Below, piece after piece: positions 48,123-58,103 of a DNA stretch of 64,000 bases. Positions within the stretch are counted from its first letter, which is position 1; each line of letters starts with the position of its first letter. The notes below the pieces were generated by a model. The model was not told where the DNA came from and ran no database searches. It worked only from the letters and a program-made list of their open reading frames with translations. Made by a program: the position numbers and the translations under genes. Location: NCBI GenBank assembly GCA_030157685.1, contig JAOAUI010000361.1, forward strand, positions 13,802 to 77,801, written 5' to 3'. Source of the stretch: Ferruginibacter sp. (GTDB lineage: Bacteria; Bacteroidota; Bacteroidia; Chitinophagales; Chitinophagaceae).

Positions 48123-49553
48123 TTAATCCTTGCGCTGGTTTTCTCTTTCTGTTACCGAATTATGGGTAATTCCGGTAACCCATCCACAACAATTGGCTGC
48201 ACCGCAGCGGCAGTTAAAGGGCTCCATATGTTCATCCAGGAAGCTTGCGTAGTTGAGGGTTAGTTCTTCGCCCTGCTGAATATTTCGCAGAGCCACTACA
48301 TCTAAGCCTTCATAAGCGGTGTTCGGATCGCAACTGTGATTTTGTGGTGCCCAGTTTGCCGGGTTATTATCCCAGAGCAAAAATACCTCTTTACTGAGCG
48401 GATAAGCGTATTTTCTAAATGTTTCCTTTTCCTTAACATTCCAATAACGCTCAACGTGGCTACGGGTTACAATACGTTGGGCCATCTCCTCTCCCCTGAA
48501 AATCAGCTCTTTAGCAGCAATATTTCGGGTGGCATAAATACCATAACCGGCAATGGCATTGCCCTTCATAGTGTATTTTTTCTGATTGCGTTGGTGGCGG
48601 GCAATACCCTCGTTCACTATCTTTTTAAGAAAACCAGCCTGGCCAACGCCATCTGCTTTTAAGATATAATCGGCCGAGCCCTCGTACCCATCTTTATAAA
48701 AAACCGAGCAGGTAAAATTTATTTCCAGGAAGAAGATATCATTTTGGGCATTCACCCTGAAGTCGAGCCGGGCATAACCTGCACCGCCAAAACCCTGGAA
48801 AATTTGCAGTGCGGCATCTTTTAGTGCAGCTTCCAGCAAAGGGTCGTTGCAGGGTATGTTTGCTTCGGGATGCAGCTCTGATGTTTTTAAGGCATAGGTT
48901 TTAAATGCAAAACCTTCCGGGAAAATATATTCGATGGGTTTAAATACCGTACAGGTTTTTTCATCATCGGCATTGGCAACCAGCATTACCGTAAATTCTC
49001 TTCCCTGTATATATTCTTCAACGAGTAATGGCCCGTATTCATCCAATATCTCTGTGCATTTTTGCAGCAAATCTTCTTTGGTATATACCAAAGAGTGCTG
49101 ATCAATTCCCAAACTATCGCCGGCTTTATCGGGCTTAACAAATAAAGGGTATTGCAAATGAGCGCAATTTTTTTCCAGGCAATCCAGCGTTTCAATCAAT
49201 GCAAATGCAGGTGTTTTTATGCCGGCAACATAAGCCACATATTTCATCAGGTCTTTGGGAGGATCGTATAACAAAGATGTTGGGCCGGTAAAAGGAAGAT
49301 TAAGCAACTCCATAAAATAGATCACATCAATGGATGGGATGCTCCACTCCAGGTAACCTTCGCAAAGGTTTACAAAAATATCGTAGTTTTTTTTCTTAAG
49401 TTCTTTAAGTTGTTTGTAGGTAGATAATTTATTCAGCAGTACATGATCAAATATTGCTTCGGGCATTAAATGGCTGATATCCCGTGGCGGATCGTAGTTT
49501 TGATAATCAACATCGGAAGTGGAATAGTCGGGTTGCAGTACACAGATTTTCAT
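48123..49553 (-). CDS. D-Ala-D-Ala-ligase-like ATP-grasp fused to SET and post-SET domains
   Basis: FVNLCEG, PFTG, FVKP, EEYIQGREFTV, ARLDFR, LEINF; then GYGIYA, NHSCDPN, GEELTLNY, CRCGAANC. Confidence 0.88.
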   Translation of the reverse strand: MKICVLQPDYSTSDVDYQNYDPPRDISHLMPEAIFDHVLLNKLSTYKQLKELKKKNYDIFVNLCEGYLEWSIPSIDVIYFMELLNLPFTGPTSLLYDPPKDLMKYVAYVAGIKTPAFALIETLDCLEKNCAHLQYPLFVKPDKAGDSLGIDQHSLVYTKEDLLQKCTEILDEYGPLLVEEYIQGREFTVMLVANADDEKTCTVFKPIEYIFPEGFAFKTYALKTSELHPEANIPCNDPLLEAALKDAALQIFQGFGGAGYARLDFRVNAQNDIFFLEINFTCSVFYKDGYEGSADYILKADGVGQAGFLKKIVNEGIARHQRNQKKYTMKGNAIAGYGIYATRNIAAKELIFRGEEMAQRIVTRSHVERYWNVKEKETFRKYAYPLSKEVFLLWDNNPANWAPQNHSCDPNTAYEGLDVVALRNIQQGEELTLNYASFLDEHMEPFNCRCGAANCCGWVTGITHNSVTERENQRKD

Positions 49554-49560
49554 AGAAATA

Positions 49561-50697
49561 TTAAGCTATTCGCCTTTTTAACTGGCTTGCCGACAGGCGG
49601 GTGAATGCATCATTAATAATTTCGGCTACCAGTTCGGTAAATGTATTTCCGCTAAAGCGAAGAATGGCGCCTATTGATGTATAATCTTCATCTTCACTTA
49701 AACCGCATTGGGCATTTACTTCCAGCACATATAATTTACCGGTTTCCTTATCCATTCTTATATCTGCCCTGGTGTAGCCGCAACCTTTGCAGGCAACGTA
49801 TGCATCCCAGCTTATCTTTTTTATTTCATCAATCAAAGAAGCGTCAGGCAAAGCATATTCATAAAAATTACCTTCGTTGGGCATGGGTGTTTCGTCTTCA
49901 TAAATTTCCCAAAGCCTGTCGAACGATAAAAATTTTTCCTGCTCCGGCAAGGATTCATGAAAAACCCTTTCTACCGGCGTATAAATTTTTGCGTTTGTAG
50001 GATTGTTGTAAGATCCGGATATCATCACCGTAAACTCGGGTCCGGTAATAAAAGATTCTGCGATCAATCCATCAGCTGCCAGGTCCCATCCGCGGTAGCC
50101 ATCAAACATTTTTTTTACCTGCTCTTCCAATTCAGCCTGATTATTAACCACATTCTTAATTCCTACGCCCATACTTCCTCCGGAAACAGATGGTTTAACA
50201 ATCACCGGCTTGCCGAGTAATTCAAAAATATTGTTGATGTCATCTTTATCATGAATGGCTTTCCATCTGGCAGATGGAACATGGGCTTTATCAAAAGCCT
50301 TTTTCATAGGTATTTTAGAAGTGGTGATGCGGTAGAAGTATTCATCAGAGCCGGTATAGATCAATCCCTTCTCTTCTAATAATTTTACAACCGAAATACC
50401 CGGTGTGCCATTAACCTCATCTCCATCGCACAAATTAAAAACCACGGGTGTTTTATGGCCGAAGTCTTTTTCCTTTACTATGAGTTCTATAATATCGGGA
50501 TAATCTTTAATGGTAACAGGCTGCCATTTCCATTCAATGTCCAGTTCGGCAAAAGTCTTTTCGTACTCAGCAATGCTCTGGCTGAAATCGTAGTAATAAT
50601 CAATATTGGCATCGCTGGTTTCTAAAAGCGGTGCCAGTACCCACACTTTAATTTGTTGGAAAGAGACAGAAGACATTAATGGGTTGAACGCAGCCAT
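49561..50697 (-). CDS. D-Ala-D-Ala-ligase-like ATP-grasp protein (non-canonical)
   Basis: FNLCDG, YTGS, IVKPSVSGGSMG, ESFITGPEFTV, RADIR, LEVNAQC; lacks Ddl GGxSxE and HG motifs. Confidence 0.85.
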   Translation of the reverse strand: MAAFNPLMSSVSFQQIKVWVLAPLLETSDANIDYYYDFSQSIAEYEKTFAELDIEWKWQPVTIKDYPDIIELIVKEKDFGHKTPVVFNLCDGDEVNGTPGISVVKLLEEKGLIYTGSDEYFYRITTSKIPMKKAFDKAHVPSARWKAIHDKDDINNIFELLGKPVIVKPSVSGGSMGVGIKNVVNNQAELEEQVKKMFDGYRGWDLAADGLIAESFITGPEFTVMISGSYNNPTNAKIYTPVERVFHESLPEQEKFLSFDRLWEIYEDETPMPNEGNFYEYALPDASLIDEIKKISWDAYVACKGCGYTRADIRMDKETGKLYVLEVNAQCGLSEDEDYTSIGAILRFSGNTFTELVAEIINDAFTRLSASQLKRRIA

Positions 50698-50713
50698 AGC
50701 AATTAATGGGTGG

Positions 50714-51217
50714 CTACAGGGATAATTTTTGTCGTACCTGTTGCCTGATAAAATCGGTTAGTTTATATTTTGAAAGTGTTTCAACAGAAAGATGCGAAGC
50801 ACCATTTATTAATTGTATACATGCTGCTGTGCCGCAATTACAAACAAAAGGTTGCGCCATTTCCCATTCGGTACTGGGGTAAAAAAAAGTAAGCTCATCG
50901 CCCGGTTGTATGGGCTGCAAACAAACCAGTTCCATACTGGTGGTATTAAAAAAAGCATTGGGGCTACAGCTGTGATTGATGTATTGCAAAAAATCTGGAT
51001 TCAGTGTAATATGCCTGTTGGTGCCGGTTTGCACGGTCAGGTATGTTGCAAAAGATTGAGTTGTTGCAGCAGTGAATGCACAAATAACATCGCCTGGTGA
51101 ACAACTGACAGCCGCAAATAAAGATTTTTGATTGGTTTCGTTATTCAGCACAACATCTGCAAAAATGTGCTTACTGATAACTTCGGAAGATGGGGCAGTA
51201 ACAGAAGTTTTTATCAT
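50714..51217 (-). CDS. Standalone SET-domain methyltransferase with post-SET
   Basis: INHSCSPN, GDELTFFY, PFVCNCGTAAC. Confidence 0.88.
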   Translation of the reverse strand: MIKTSVTAPSSEVISKHIFADVVLNNETNQKSLFAAVSCSPGDVICAFTAATTQSFATYLTVQTGTNRHITLNPDFLQYINHSCSPNAFFNTTSMELVCLQPIQPGDELTFFYPSTEWEMAQPFVCNCGTAACIQLINGASHLSVETLSKYKLTDFIRQQVRQKLSL

Positions 51218-51415
51218 GCTTTTTTAGATGGGAATGACCCGTAAAAGTTTAAAATAAATTTATTTTATTTTTAGCAAGCATTTCTATTCAGTAAATGTAT
51301 AAAAGCATTGATTAATAAAAAAGATAAAAGGCAGTTATTATTGAATGGTGGATTAATAACGATATTGTGTGTATAACCGTTTGTAGTAGTTTTATTGCTT
51401 AAACGATTTCATTTT

Positions 51416-51649
51416 ATGTCAGAAGAACCCAATCAACCTAATCCCGAATTATTGCTGCAACTGGTAAAAATGAAAATGCCTTTTGGAAAGTATAAAGACA
51501 GGCTGTTATGCAATTTGCCGGTATCTTATCTGGAGTGGTTTCAAAGAAAAGGTTTTCCAAAAGGTAAGCTGGGGGTTTTATTAGAAACTTTATACGAGAT
51601 AAAGATCAATGGGTTGGAAGAATTATTGGAGCCACTTAAAAGGCTATAG
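51416..51649 (+). CDS. DUF3820 family protein
   Basis: MPFGKYK, LPVSYLEWF, GFPKGKLG, EIKINGL; start placed at ATG 51416. Confidence 0.8.
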   Translation: MSEEPNQPNPELLLQLVKMKMPFGKYKDRLLCNLPVSYLEWFQRKGFPKGKLGVLLETLYEIKINGLEELLEPLKRL

Positions 51650-51653
51650 TTTA

Positions 51654-52004
51654 TTAATTAGCACAGGCAAAAGTTAGATACACATAAGGATTTATAGACC
51701 ATTCATCATTCATCTCCCGGTCAATATCTCCATACCTCAGGTCGAGCATATTACCCGATTGATTGATCTCCCAGAGTGTAAGTGGTTTTTTACCCGTTTC
51801 GGTTTGTACAATTTCGGGAATCATTTCTTTAAGCATACCGTTCCAACAGAGATGTATAAGCTTTTCTTTTTGTGAAAGCTGCTTATCATTCTTATTACTG
51901 TTCAATTCGCTCCAGTCTCTTTGAAAAAAACGGCTGTTGCTCATCAGTAATATTTCGAGGTTGGTAGAATTGTTTTTCATTTTATGAGCTTTAATGCTGC
52001 TCAA
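51654..52004 (-). CDS. Hypothetical protein
   Basis: Gap-filling ORF with CWNGML and SINPY; no family recognised. Confidence 0.65.
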   Translation of the reverse strand: MSSIKAHKMKNNSTNLEILLMSNSRFFQRDWSELNSNKNDKQLSQKEKLIHLCWNGMLKEMIPEIVQTETGKKPLTLWEINQSGNMLDLRYGDIDREMNDEWSINPYVYLTFACAN

Positions 52005-52166
52005 TACTTTGATGCGGTTTTGCAGGAAATGTAATAAAGTAACACTGTAATTTCTTGTTAATAACGAAAAATGAGGGCGGGTGGTTTTAAAAGTATGTAA
52101 GGGAAAAGATTTTGGTTTGAGATTTAACGGAAGAGATTCTAATCAGATACAGAGGTTATATAAAAC

Positions 52167-52197
52167 AAAAAAGACCCAACCTGCGTTGAGTCTTTTT
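52167..52197 (-). terminator. Terminator after tRNA-Phe
   Basis: Minus strand AAAAAGACTCAAC-GCAG-GTTGGGTCTTTTTT. Confidence 0.75.
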
Positions 52198-52198
52198 G

Positions 52199-52271
52199 TG
52201 GTGTGGGGCGGGATTGAACCGCCGACACAAGGATTTTCAGTCCTTTGCTCTACCAACTGAGCTACCGCACC
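52199..52271 (-). tRNA. tRNA-Phe (GAA)
   Basis: GGTGCGGTAGCTCAGTTGGTAGAGCAAAGGACTGAAAATCCTTGTGTCGGCGGTTCAATCCCGCCCCACACCA; 73 nt, CCA not encoded; TATTTTTG -7 element at 52304-52311. Confidence 0.96.
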
Positions 52272-52346
52272 ATCCGTGATATTCAATATTAAATATCGGG
52301 CAGCAAAAATAGGGGTTTCTGCTAAATATTCAATCTAAAAAATGCC

Positions 52347-54611
52347 CTAATTACCGTACTCACATAAGAATTTTATCCGCATCAGTTTCAACTGCTCCCA
52401 ATTAAAATTACTATCAGCCAGTTCTTCCTGCGCCACCTGCAAAGAAGATGTTTCGCAGCTTTTAAAATAATCCATTATTTCGTCCTGCTCGTATTCATCC
52501 ACCATTTCATCAATGGCATAATCAAGGTTTAGTTTGGTGCCGCTGGCAACAATGGTCTCCATTTCTTCCAAAAGTTCATCAATACGCAGGTCGCGGGTTT
52601 TGGCAACCGTTTCCAGGGGTATCTTTTTATCTATGTTCTGAATGATGAAAATTTTATTGTTATTGCGGTTTACCACACTTTTCATTACAAAATCATCGGG
52701 CCTTACCACATCGTTTTCCTCTACGTATTTTATAATTACATCTAAAAAAGGTTTCCCATAGCGCATGGCTTTTCCTTTGCTTACGCCGCTTATTTTTTCC
52801 AGCTCGGTCATAGTTGTGGGAAACATGGTAGCCATATCTTCCAGGCTGTTTTCTAAAAAGATAACAAAGGGCGGCAGGTTTTTTTCTTTGGCTACTTTTT
52901 TGCGCAGGTCTTTCAACAGCAACATTAATTTTTCATCTGCTGCAGCAGCTTCCGTAGCCGCCTGTTCACTTTCCTCATCATCAGCATTGGCTTCTTCAAA
53001 TAAATTATTCAACACAATTTTAAATGATGTTGGCTTCTTTAAAAAGGCGGTGCCGGCTTTGGTAATTTTAAGCAAGCCGTATTCAACAATATCTTTTTCA
53101 ATTAAACCGGCCAGCAACATCTGGCGTATGAGGCTGTTCCAGAAATGATTTTCTTTATCGTTGCCGCTGGCAAAAACATCCAGCTCTTCGTGGCGGTACA
53201 TTTTAACCTGCGGCGTTGCCTTACCGGCAAGAATGAGTAAAGTATATTCAACCGGAAATTGCTCGCCCAGTGCTTTAATTATTTTTAAAACGATAGCGGC
53301 ATCGTCTTTGGCTTCAATTTTTTCTTTAGGTTGTAAACAGTTGTCGCAATGGCCGCAGCTTTTTTTATCATCGTAATTTTCGCCAAAATAATGCAGCAGA
53401 ATTTTTCGGCGGCATACACTGCTTTCGGCATAAGCTACCGTTTCATTTATTAACTGTGCACCCACTTCCCTTTCGCTCAGTGGCTTGTCTCTCATCAGGT
53501 GCTCCAGCTTGGCTACATCTTTATGAGAATAGTAGAGAATGCACTTCCCTTCCATGCCATCACGGCCGCCACGGCCGGTTTCCTGGTAATAATTTTCAAT
53601 TGATTTTGGGATGTTGTAGTGAATTACAAAACGGATATCGGGCTTATCAATACCCATACCAAACGCAATGGTAGCCACTATTACATCCACATCTTCATTT
53701 AAAAACTGGTCCTGCCGGTCGGAACGCAGCTTACTATCTAACCCGGCATGATAGGCCACTGCTTTTATACCATTTGCCATCAGCATTTTTGCAAGCTCTT
53801 CGGTTGTTTTTCGGTTGAGGGTATAAATAATACCGCTCTTACCTTTATGCTGTTGTATAAACCGAACAATACTTTTATTGGTTTGATCAAGATTTATTTT
53901 AGGCTGAATTTCGTAATACAAATTTGGCCTGTTAAAAGACGATATGAATATTTTTGGTTTGCGTAAACCAAGATTCTTAACGATATCGCTTTGTACTTTT
54001 GGTGTGGCTGTTGCGGTTAATGCAATCACCGGAATTTTTTCATCAATCAGATCCATCATCTCTCTCAGCCTCCTGTACTCCGGCCTGAAATCGTGGCCCC
54101 ATTCCGAAATACAATGCGCTTCATCCACTGCAAAAAACGAAATTTTCAATTCCTTAAAAAACGAAATATTCTCTTCTTTGGTCATGGTTTCCGGTGCCAC
54201 ATAAAGCATTTTTGTTTTACCGGTTGTAAGATCGTCTTTTACAATTTTTTGCTGGCCTTTATTTAGTGTACTGTTTAAAAAATGTGCCACATCATCTTTG
54301 CTGCTGTAACTGCGTACCAGGTCAACCTGGTTTTTCATTAAAGCAATTAATGGCGATACGATAATGGCAACCCCTTCACTGATCATGGCCGGTAATTGAT
54401 AACATAAACTTTTACCACCGCCGGTTGGCATAATAACAAACGTGTCATTTCCATTTAAAAGGCTTTCAATAATTTCTTCCTGGGGGCCTTTAAAACCATC
54501 AAACCCAAATTGGTCTTGTAACTGTGTAGACAGGTCGGGCTGATTTTTTAAGGCAGCCTTTATTGCAATTTTTGGTTTTGATTCTTTTGCAGGGGATTTC
54601 GTCTTCGCCAT
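52347..54611 (-). CDS. recQ: DNA helicase RecQ
   Basis: MPTGGGKS, DEAHC, WGHDFRP, TATA, QETGRGGRDG, RQC cysteines, HRDC. Confidence 0.96.
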   Translation of the reverse strand: MAKTKSPAKESKPKIAIKAALKNQPDLSTQLQDQFGFDGFKGPQEEIIESLLNGNDTFVIMPTGGGKSLCYQLPAMISEGVAIIVSPLIALMKNQVDLVRSYSSKDDVAHFLNSTLNKGQQKIVKDDLTTGKTKMLYVAPETMTKEENISFFKELKISFFAVDEAHCISEWGHDFRPEYRRLREMMDLIDEKIPVIALTATATPKVQSDIVKNLGLRKPKIFISSFNRPNLYYEIQPKINLDQTNKSIVRFIQQHKGKSGIIYTLNRKTTEELAKMLMANGIKAVAYHAGLDSKLRSDRQDQFLNEDVDVIVATIAFGMGIDKPDIRFVIHYNIPKSIENYYQETGRGGRDGMEGKCILYYSHKDVAKLEHLMRDKPLSEREVGAQLINETVAYAESSVCRRKILLHYFGENYDDKKSCGHCDNCLQPKEKIEAKDDAAIVLKIIKALGEQFPVEYTLLILAGKATPQVKMYRHEELDVFASGNDKENHFWNSLIRQMLLAGLIEKDIVEYGLLKITKAGTAFLKKPTSFKIVLNNLFEEANADDEESEQAATEAAAADEKLMLLLKDLRKKVAKEKNLPPFVIFLENSLEDMATMFPTTMTELEKISGVSKGKAMRYGKPFLDVIIKYVEENDVVRPDDFVMKSVVNRNNNKIFIIQNIDKKIPLETVAKTRDLRIDELLEEMETIVASGTKLNLDYAIDEMVDEYEQDEIMDYFKSCETSSLQVAQEELADSNFNWEQLKLMRIKFLCEYGN

Positions 54612-54884
54612 AATTTTACCTCCGTGGATATTTGTACTTGATAGTGTTAGTTACTCATGCTTTTTTTAAGGGCAGCGAAGTTAACTTAAAACTGACGCAG
54701 AATCAACCCTAATCTGCATCAACAGCAATAAATTAACAGTCTGTTTAATTACTTAAGATAAACAAAATAAACCAAGGTGCAAAAAATAGACTTGTAAAAT
54801 TATTACCCGAAATTATGTAGTTCTGTTACTACAACAGCTGTTCTTTGCATTATGAATGATTTGAAGTAGGTTTGCGCATTACTG

Positions 54885-55850
54885 ATGAATACAGACAAAA
54901 TTATACCGGTTGCTTTACGCACCATTGAGCTGGAAGCAAATGCCATAAGTGGGTTAAAATTATTCATTAATGAAGATTTTAAAATGGCCGTTAAAGCCAT
55001 TGCCACCTGTAAAGGAAGGTTGATTGTAAGCGGAATTGGCAAAAGCGCCATCATTGCCCAAAAAATTGTTGCTACTTTAAACAGCACCGGCACCCCGTCG
55101 GTTTTTATGCATGCTGCTGATGCCATTCATGGCGACCTGGGCATGATACAAACGGATGACATTGTTTTGGTAATAAGCAAAAGCGGCAACAGCCCCGAGA
55201 TAAAAGTACTTGTCCCGCTTGTAAAAAATTTTGGAAATACATTGATAGGGATGGTTGGCAATGCTGAATCTTTTCTTGCATTGAACAGTGATATTGTTTT
55301 AAACACCACGGTTGAGCAGGAAGCCTGCCCCATTAATCTGGCACCCACCAGCAGTACAACCGCACAAATGGTAATGGGCGATGCATTGGCTGTTTGCCTG
55401 ATGGAGATAAAAGAATTTAGCAGCAGCGACTTTGCTAAATATCATCCCGGCGGCGCACTGGGCAAAAAATTATATTTAAGGGTAGAAGAAATGGCGGCGC
55501 AAAATGCCAAACCAAAAATTTTGCCAACAGCAACTATAAAAGAAGTGATTATTGAGATGACTGCAAAAAGGCTGGGCGCCGCAGTTGTTGTAAATGAAGC
55601 AGAAAATATTTTAGGAATTATTACTGATGGAGATCTAAGGAGAATGCTTGAAAAAGCAGATTCATTTGAAAACCTGCAGGCAAAAGATATTATGAGCATT
55701 AACCCCAAAACCATTGCAGCAGATGTACTGGCCGTGCATGCACTTGAAGAAATGCGCAGGCACAATATCAGCCAGCTGGTGGTGGATGATAACAATATTT
55801 ATGCAGGTATCATACACCTGCACGACCTGGTAAAAGAAGGAATCATATAA
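54885..55850 (+). CDS. kdsD: Arabinose-5-phosphate isomerase (KpsF/GutQ, SIS plus CBS)
   Basis: GIGKSA, AIHGDLG, EACPINLAPTSST, HPGGALG, ITDGDLRR; -7 element TAGGTTTG at 54867-54874. Confidence 0.93.
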   Translation: MNTDKIIPVALRTIELEANAISGLKLFINEDFKMAVKAIATCKGRLIVSGIGKSAIIAQKIVATLNSTGTPSVFMHAADAIHGDLGMIQTDDIVLVISKSGNSPEIKVLVPLVKNFGNTLIGMVGNAESFLALNSDIVLNTTVEQEACPINLAPTSSTTAQMVMGDALAVCLMEIKEFSSSDFAKYHPGGALGKKLYLRVEEMAAQNAKPKILPTATIKEVIIEMTAKRLGAAVVVNEAENILGIITDGDLRRMLEKADSFENLQAKDIMSINPKTIAADVLAVHALEEMRRHNISQLVVDDNNIYAGIIHLHDLVKEGII

Positions 55851-55853
55851 AAG

Positions 55854-56936
55854 ATGAACAAAAATAATTACGTAGCTATAATGGCCGGGGGTATTGGCAG
55901 CAGGTTCTGGCCCATCAGCCGTACAGATTTCCCTAAACAGTTCCTGGATATTTTAAATACCGGCCGTACTTTGATACAGGCCACGTTTGACCGGTTTGTA
56001 AAATTTGTACCGGCTGAACATATTTACATCATTACGTTTGAACAGTATAAGGATATTGTTGCCAAACAGATACCCGAACTGCCTGTTGAAAATATTCTTT
56101 GCGAACCATCCCGAAAAAATACGGCACCCTGTGTTGCTTATATATCTTACAAGCTGCACGAGTTAAATGCAAATGCAAATTTAATTTGTGCGCCTGCCGA
56201 TCATATCATTACTGATGAAGAAGCGTTTGAAAAAGTTTGTAAAGATGCGCTGCAGTTTACAGCACACATAAAAGGATTGATAACGCTGGGCATAAAGCCA
56301 ACCCACCCCAATACTGGCTATGGTTATATACAATACGAGCCACATGCGGTAAGTGATAATGTATATAAAGTAAAGACCTTTACCGAAAAACCAGATAAAC
56401 AACTGGCAAAAACATTTATTGCCAGCGGCGATTTTTTATGGAATGCCGGCATTTTTGTATGGCAGGTTAAAAATATCATCAAAGCATTTGAAAAACATAT
56501 ACCCGAACTGGCCGAAGTGTTTGAAGCAGAAAAAAATCATTTGAACACAAAGAATGAAAAAGAAGCCATAGAGCGTATCTACCCACAGTGTATAAATGTA
56601 TCCATTGATTATGGTGTGATGGAAAAAGCAGATAATGTATACATCATTCCATCTGCTTTTGGCTGGAGCGATTTGGGAACCTGGGCAAGCACTTACGAAA
56701 ACCTGGAAAAAGATTACCTGGATAATGCTGTTGTTGGTAAACATGTAATGGTGATTGATGCTACCAATAATATTATACATGCCGATGATAAAAAACTGGT
56801 TGTGCTACAGGGCCTTGATGATTTTGTAGTGGTGGATACCAAAGATGTTTTACTTATTTGCAAAAAAGATAAGGAACAGGAGATAAAAGAATACGTTGCC
56901 GAAATAAAAAGGAATAAGGGCGAAAAGTATCTGTAA
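55854..56936 (+). CDS. manC: Mannose-1-phosphate guanylyltransferase
   Basis: MAGGIGSRFWPISR..PKQF, EPSRKNTAP, FTEKP, WNAGIF, SIDYGVME, WSDLGTW. Confidence 0.93.
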   Translation: MNKNNYVAIMAGGIGSRFWPISRTDFPKQFLDILNTGRTLIQATFDRFVKFVPAEHIYIITFEQYKDIVAKQIPELPVENILCEPSRKNTAPCVAYISYKLHELNANANLICAPADHIITDEEAFEKVCKDALQFTAHIKGLITLGIKPTHPNTGYGYIQYEPHAVSDNVYKVKTFTEKPDKQLAKTFIASGDFLWNAGIFVWQVKNIIKAFEKHIPELAEVFEAEKNHLNTKNEKEAIERIYPQCINVSIDYGVMEKADNVYIIPSAFGWSDLGTWASTYENLEKDYLDNAVVGKHVMVIDATNNIIHADDKKLVVLQGLDDFVVVDTKDVLLICKKDKEQEIKEYVAEIKRNKGEKYL

Positions 56937-56953
56937 GTAAAATAAATCTTAAG

Positions 56954-58102
56954 TTGATACCAACCATACATAGCAAACTCCCCAATGTGGGCACCACCAT
57001 TTTTACAGTAATGAGTGTGCTTGCCAATGAACACAAAGCCATTAACCTGGGACAGGGTTTTCCGGATTACAACATGAGTGAAGAACTGATTGCGCTGGTG
57101 AACAAAGCCATGATGAGCGGGTATAATCAGTATGTACACATGAACGGGCTGCCTGCATTAAGAGAACGGCTGGCCGAAAAAATTACCAGCCTGTATACAA
57201 CCGCAGTTAATGGTGATACAGATATTACCATTACACCCGGCGGAACCTATGCCATTTACACAGCCCTTACAACTATACTGCAACCCGGCGATGAAGTAAT
57301 TGTTTTTGAACCTGCTTACGATAGCTATATACCCACCATAGAAATTAACGGAGCGGTGCCGGTTTTAATTCCGCTGGTGTATCCCGATTATAAAATTGAC
57401 TGGGAACTGGTGAAACAAAAAATTACACCCAAAACAAAACTCATTATCCTGAACACACCGCACAACCCAACAGGAGCAGTGCTGGGTGCAGATGATATTG
57501 TGCAATTGCAAAGTGTTGTAAAAGACACCGGCATTTTTATTTTGAGCGATGAAGTTTACGAGCATTTGATATTTGATGGTAAGCAACACGAAAGTATGTT
57601 GCGCTACCCTGATCTGTACGAAAGAAGTTTTGTTTGCTTTTCATTTGGGAAAGTGTACAACTGCACCGGCTGGAAACTGGGCTATTGTGTGGCCCCGCCT
57701 GCATTGATGAAAGAGTTTAGAAAAGTACACCAGTTCAACTGCTTTAGCTGCAATAGCCCGGTACAGTTTGCGCTAACAGAATTTTTACAACAGAAAGAAA
57801 ACTATTTGCAGCTTGGTGCTTTTCTGCAACAAAAAAGAGATTACCTGAAAAACCTGATGCAGCAGACAAAATTTAAAGCACTGCCATCTTACGGAAGCTA
57901 TTTTCAATTATACAGCTACAGCGGTATTACAGATGAAAGCGAAAAGGATTTTGCCATACGCCTTACCAAAGAATACGGCGTAGCCACCATACCAACTTCT
58001 GTTTTTTATAAAAACGGAGAAGACAATAAAGTGCTGCGCTTTTGTTTTTCTAAAAACGAAACTACGCTGGAAGAAGCAGCAAACAGGTTGATGAAGTTGT
58101 AA
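56954..58102 (+). CDS. Methionine aminotransferase (YbdL-like)
   Basis: SKLPNVGTTIF, NLGQGFPD, NTPHNPTG, DEVYEH, SFGK. Confidence 0.9.
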   Translation: MIPTIHSKLPNVGTTIFTVMSVLANEHKAINLGQGFPDYNMSEELIALVNKAMMSGYNQYVHMNGLPALRERLAEKITSLYTTAVNGDTDITITPGGTYAIYTALTTILQPGDEVIVFEPAYDSYIPTIEINGAVPVLIPLVYPDYKIDWELVKQKITPKTKLIILNTPHNPTGAVLGADDIVQLQSVVKDTGIFILSDEVYEHLIFDGKQHESMLRYPDLYERSFVCFSFGKVYNCTGWKLGYCVAPPALMKEFRKVHQFNCFSCNSPVQFALTEFLQQKENYLQLGAFLQQKRDYLKNLMQQTKFKALPSYGSYFQLYSYSGITDESEKDFAIRLTKEYGVATIPTSVFYKNGEDNKVLRFCFSKNETTLEEAANRLMKL

Positions 58103-58103
58103 T

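Noticed and set aside
48123-50697. Housekeeping ddl or Van-type resistance ligases
   Set aside because: They lack the Ddl N-terminal GGxSxE and HG motifs, and have no mur or van neighbours; the context is SET domains
51370-51385. TGTATAACCGTTTGTA matching 43443-43458 at 14/16 as a shared regulon motif
   Set aside because: Such matches are expected by chance among AT-rich intergenic pairs, and the spacing to the downstream starts differs
43971-52271. Genomic island integrated at tRNA-Phe
   Set aside because: Accessory-looking genes lie downstream of the tRNA, but no integrase and no duplicated tRNA 3' end were found
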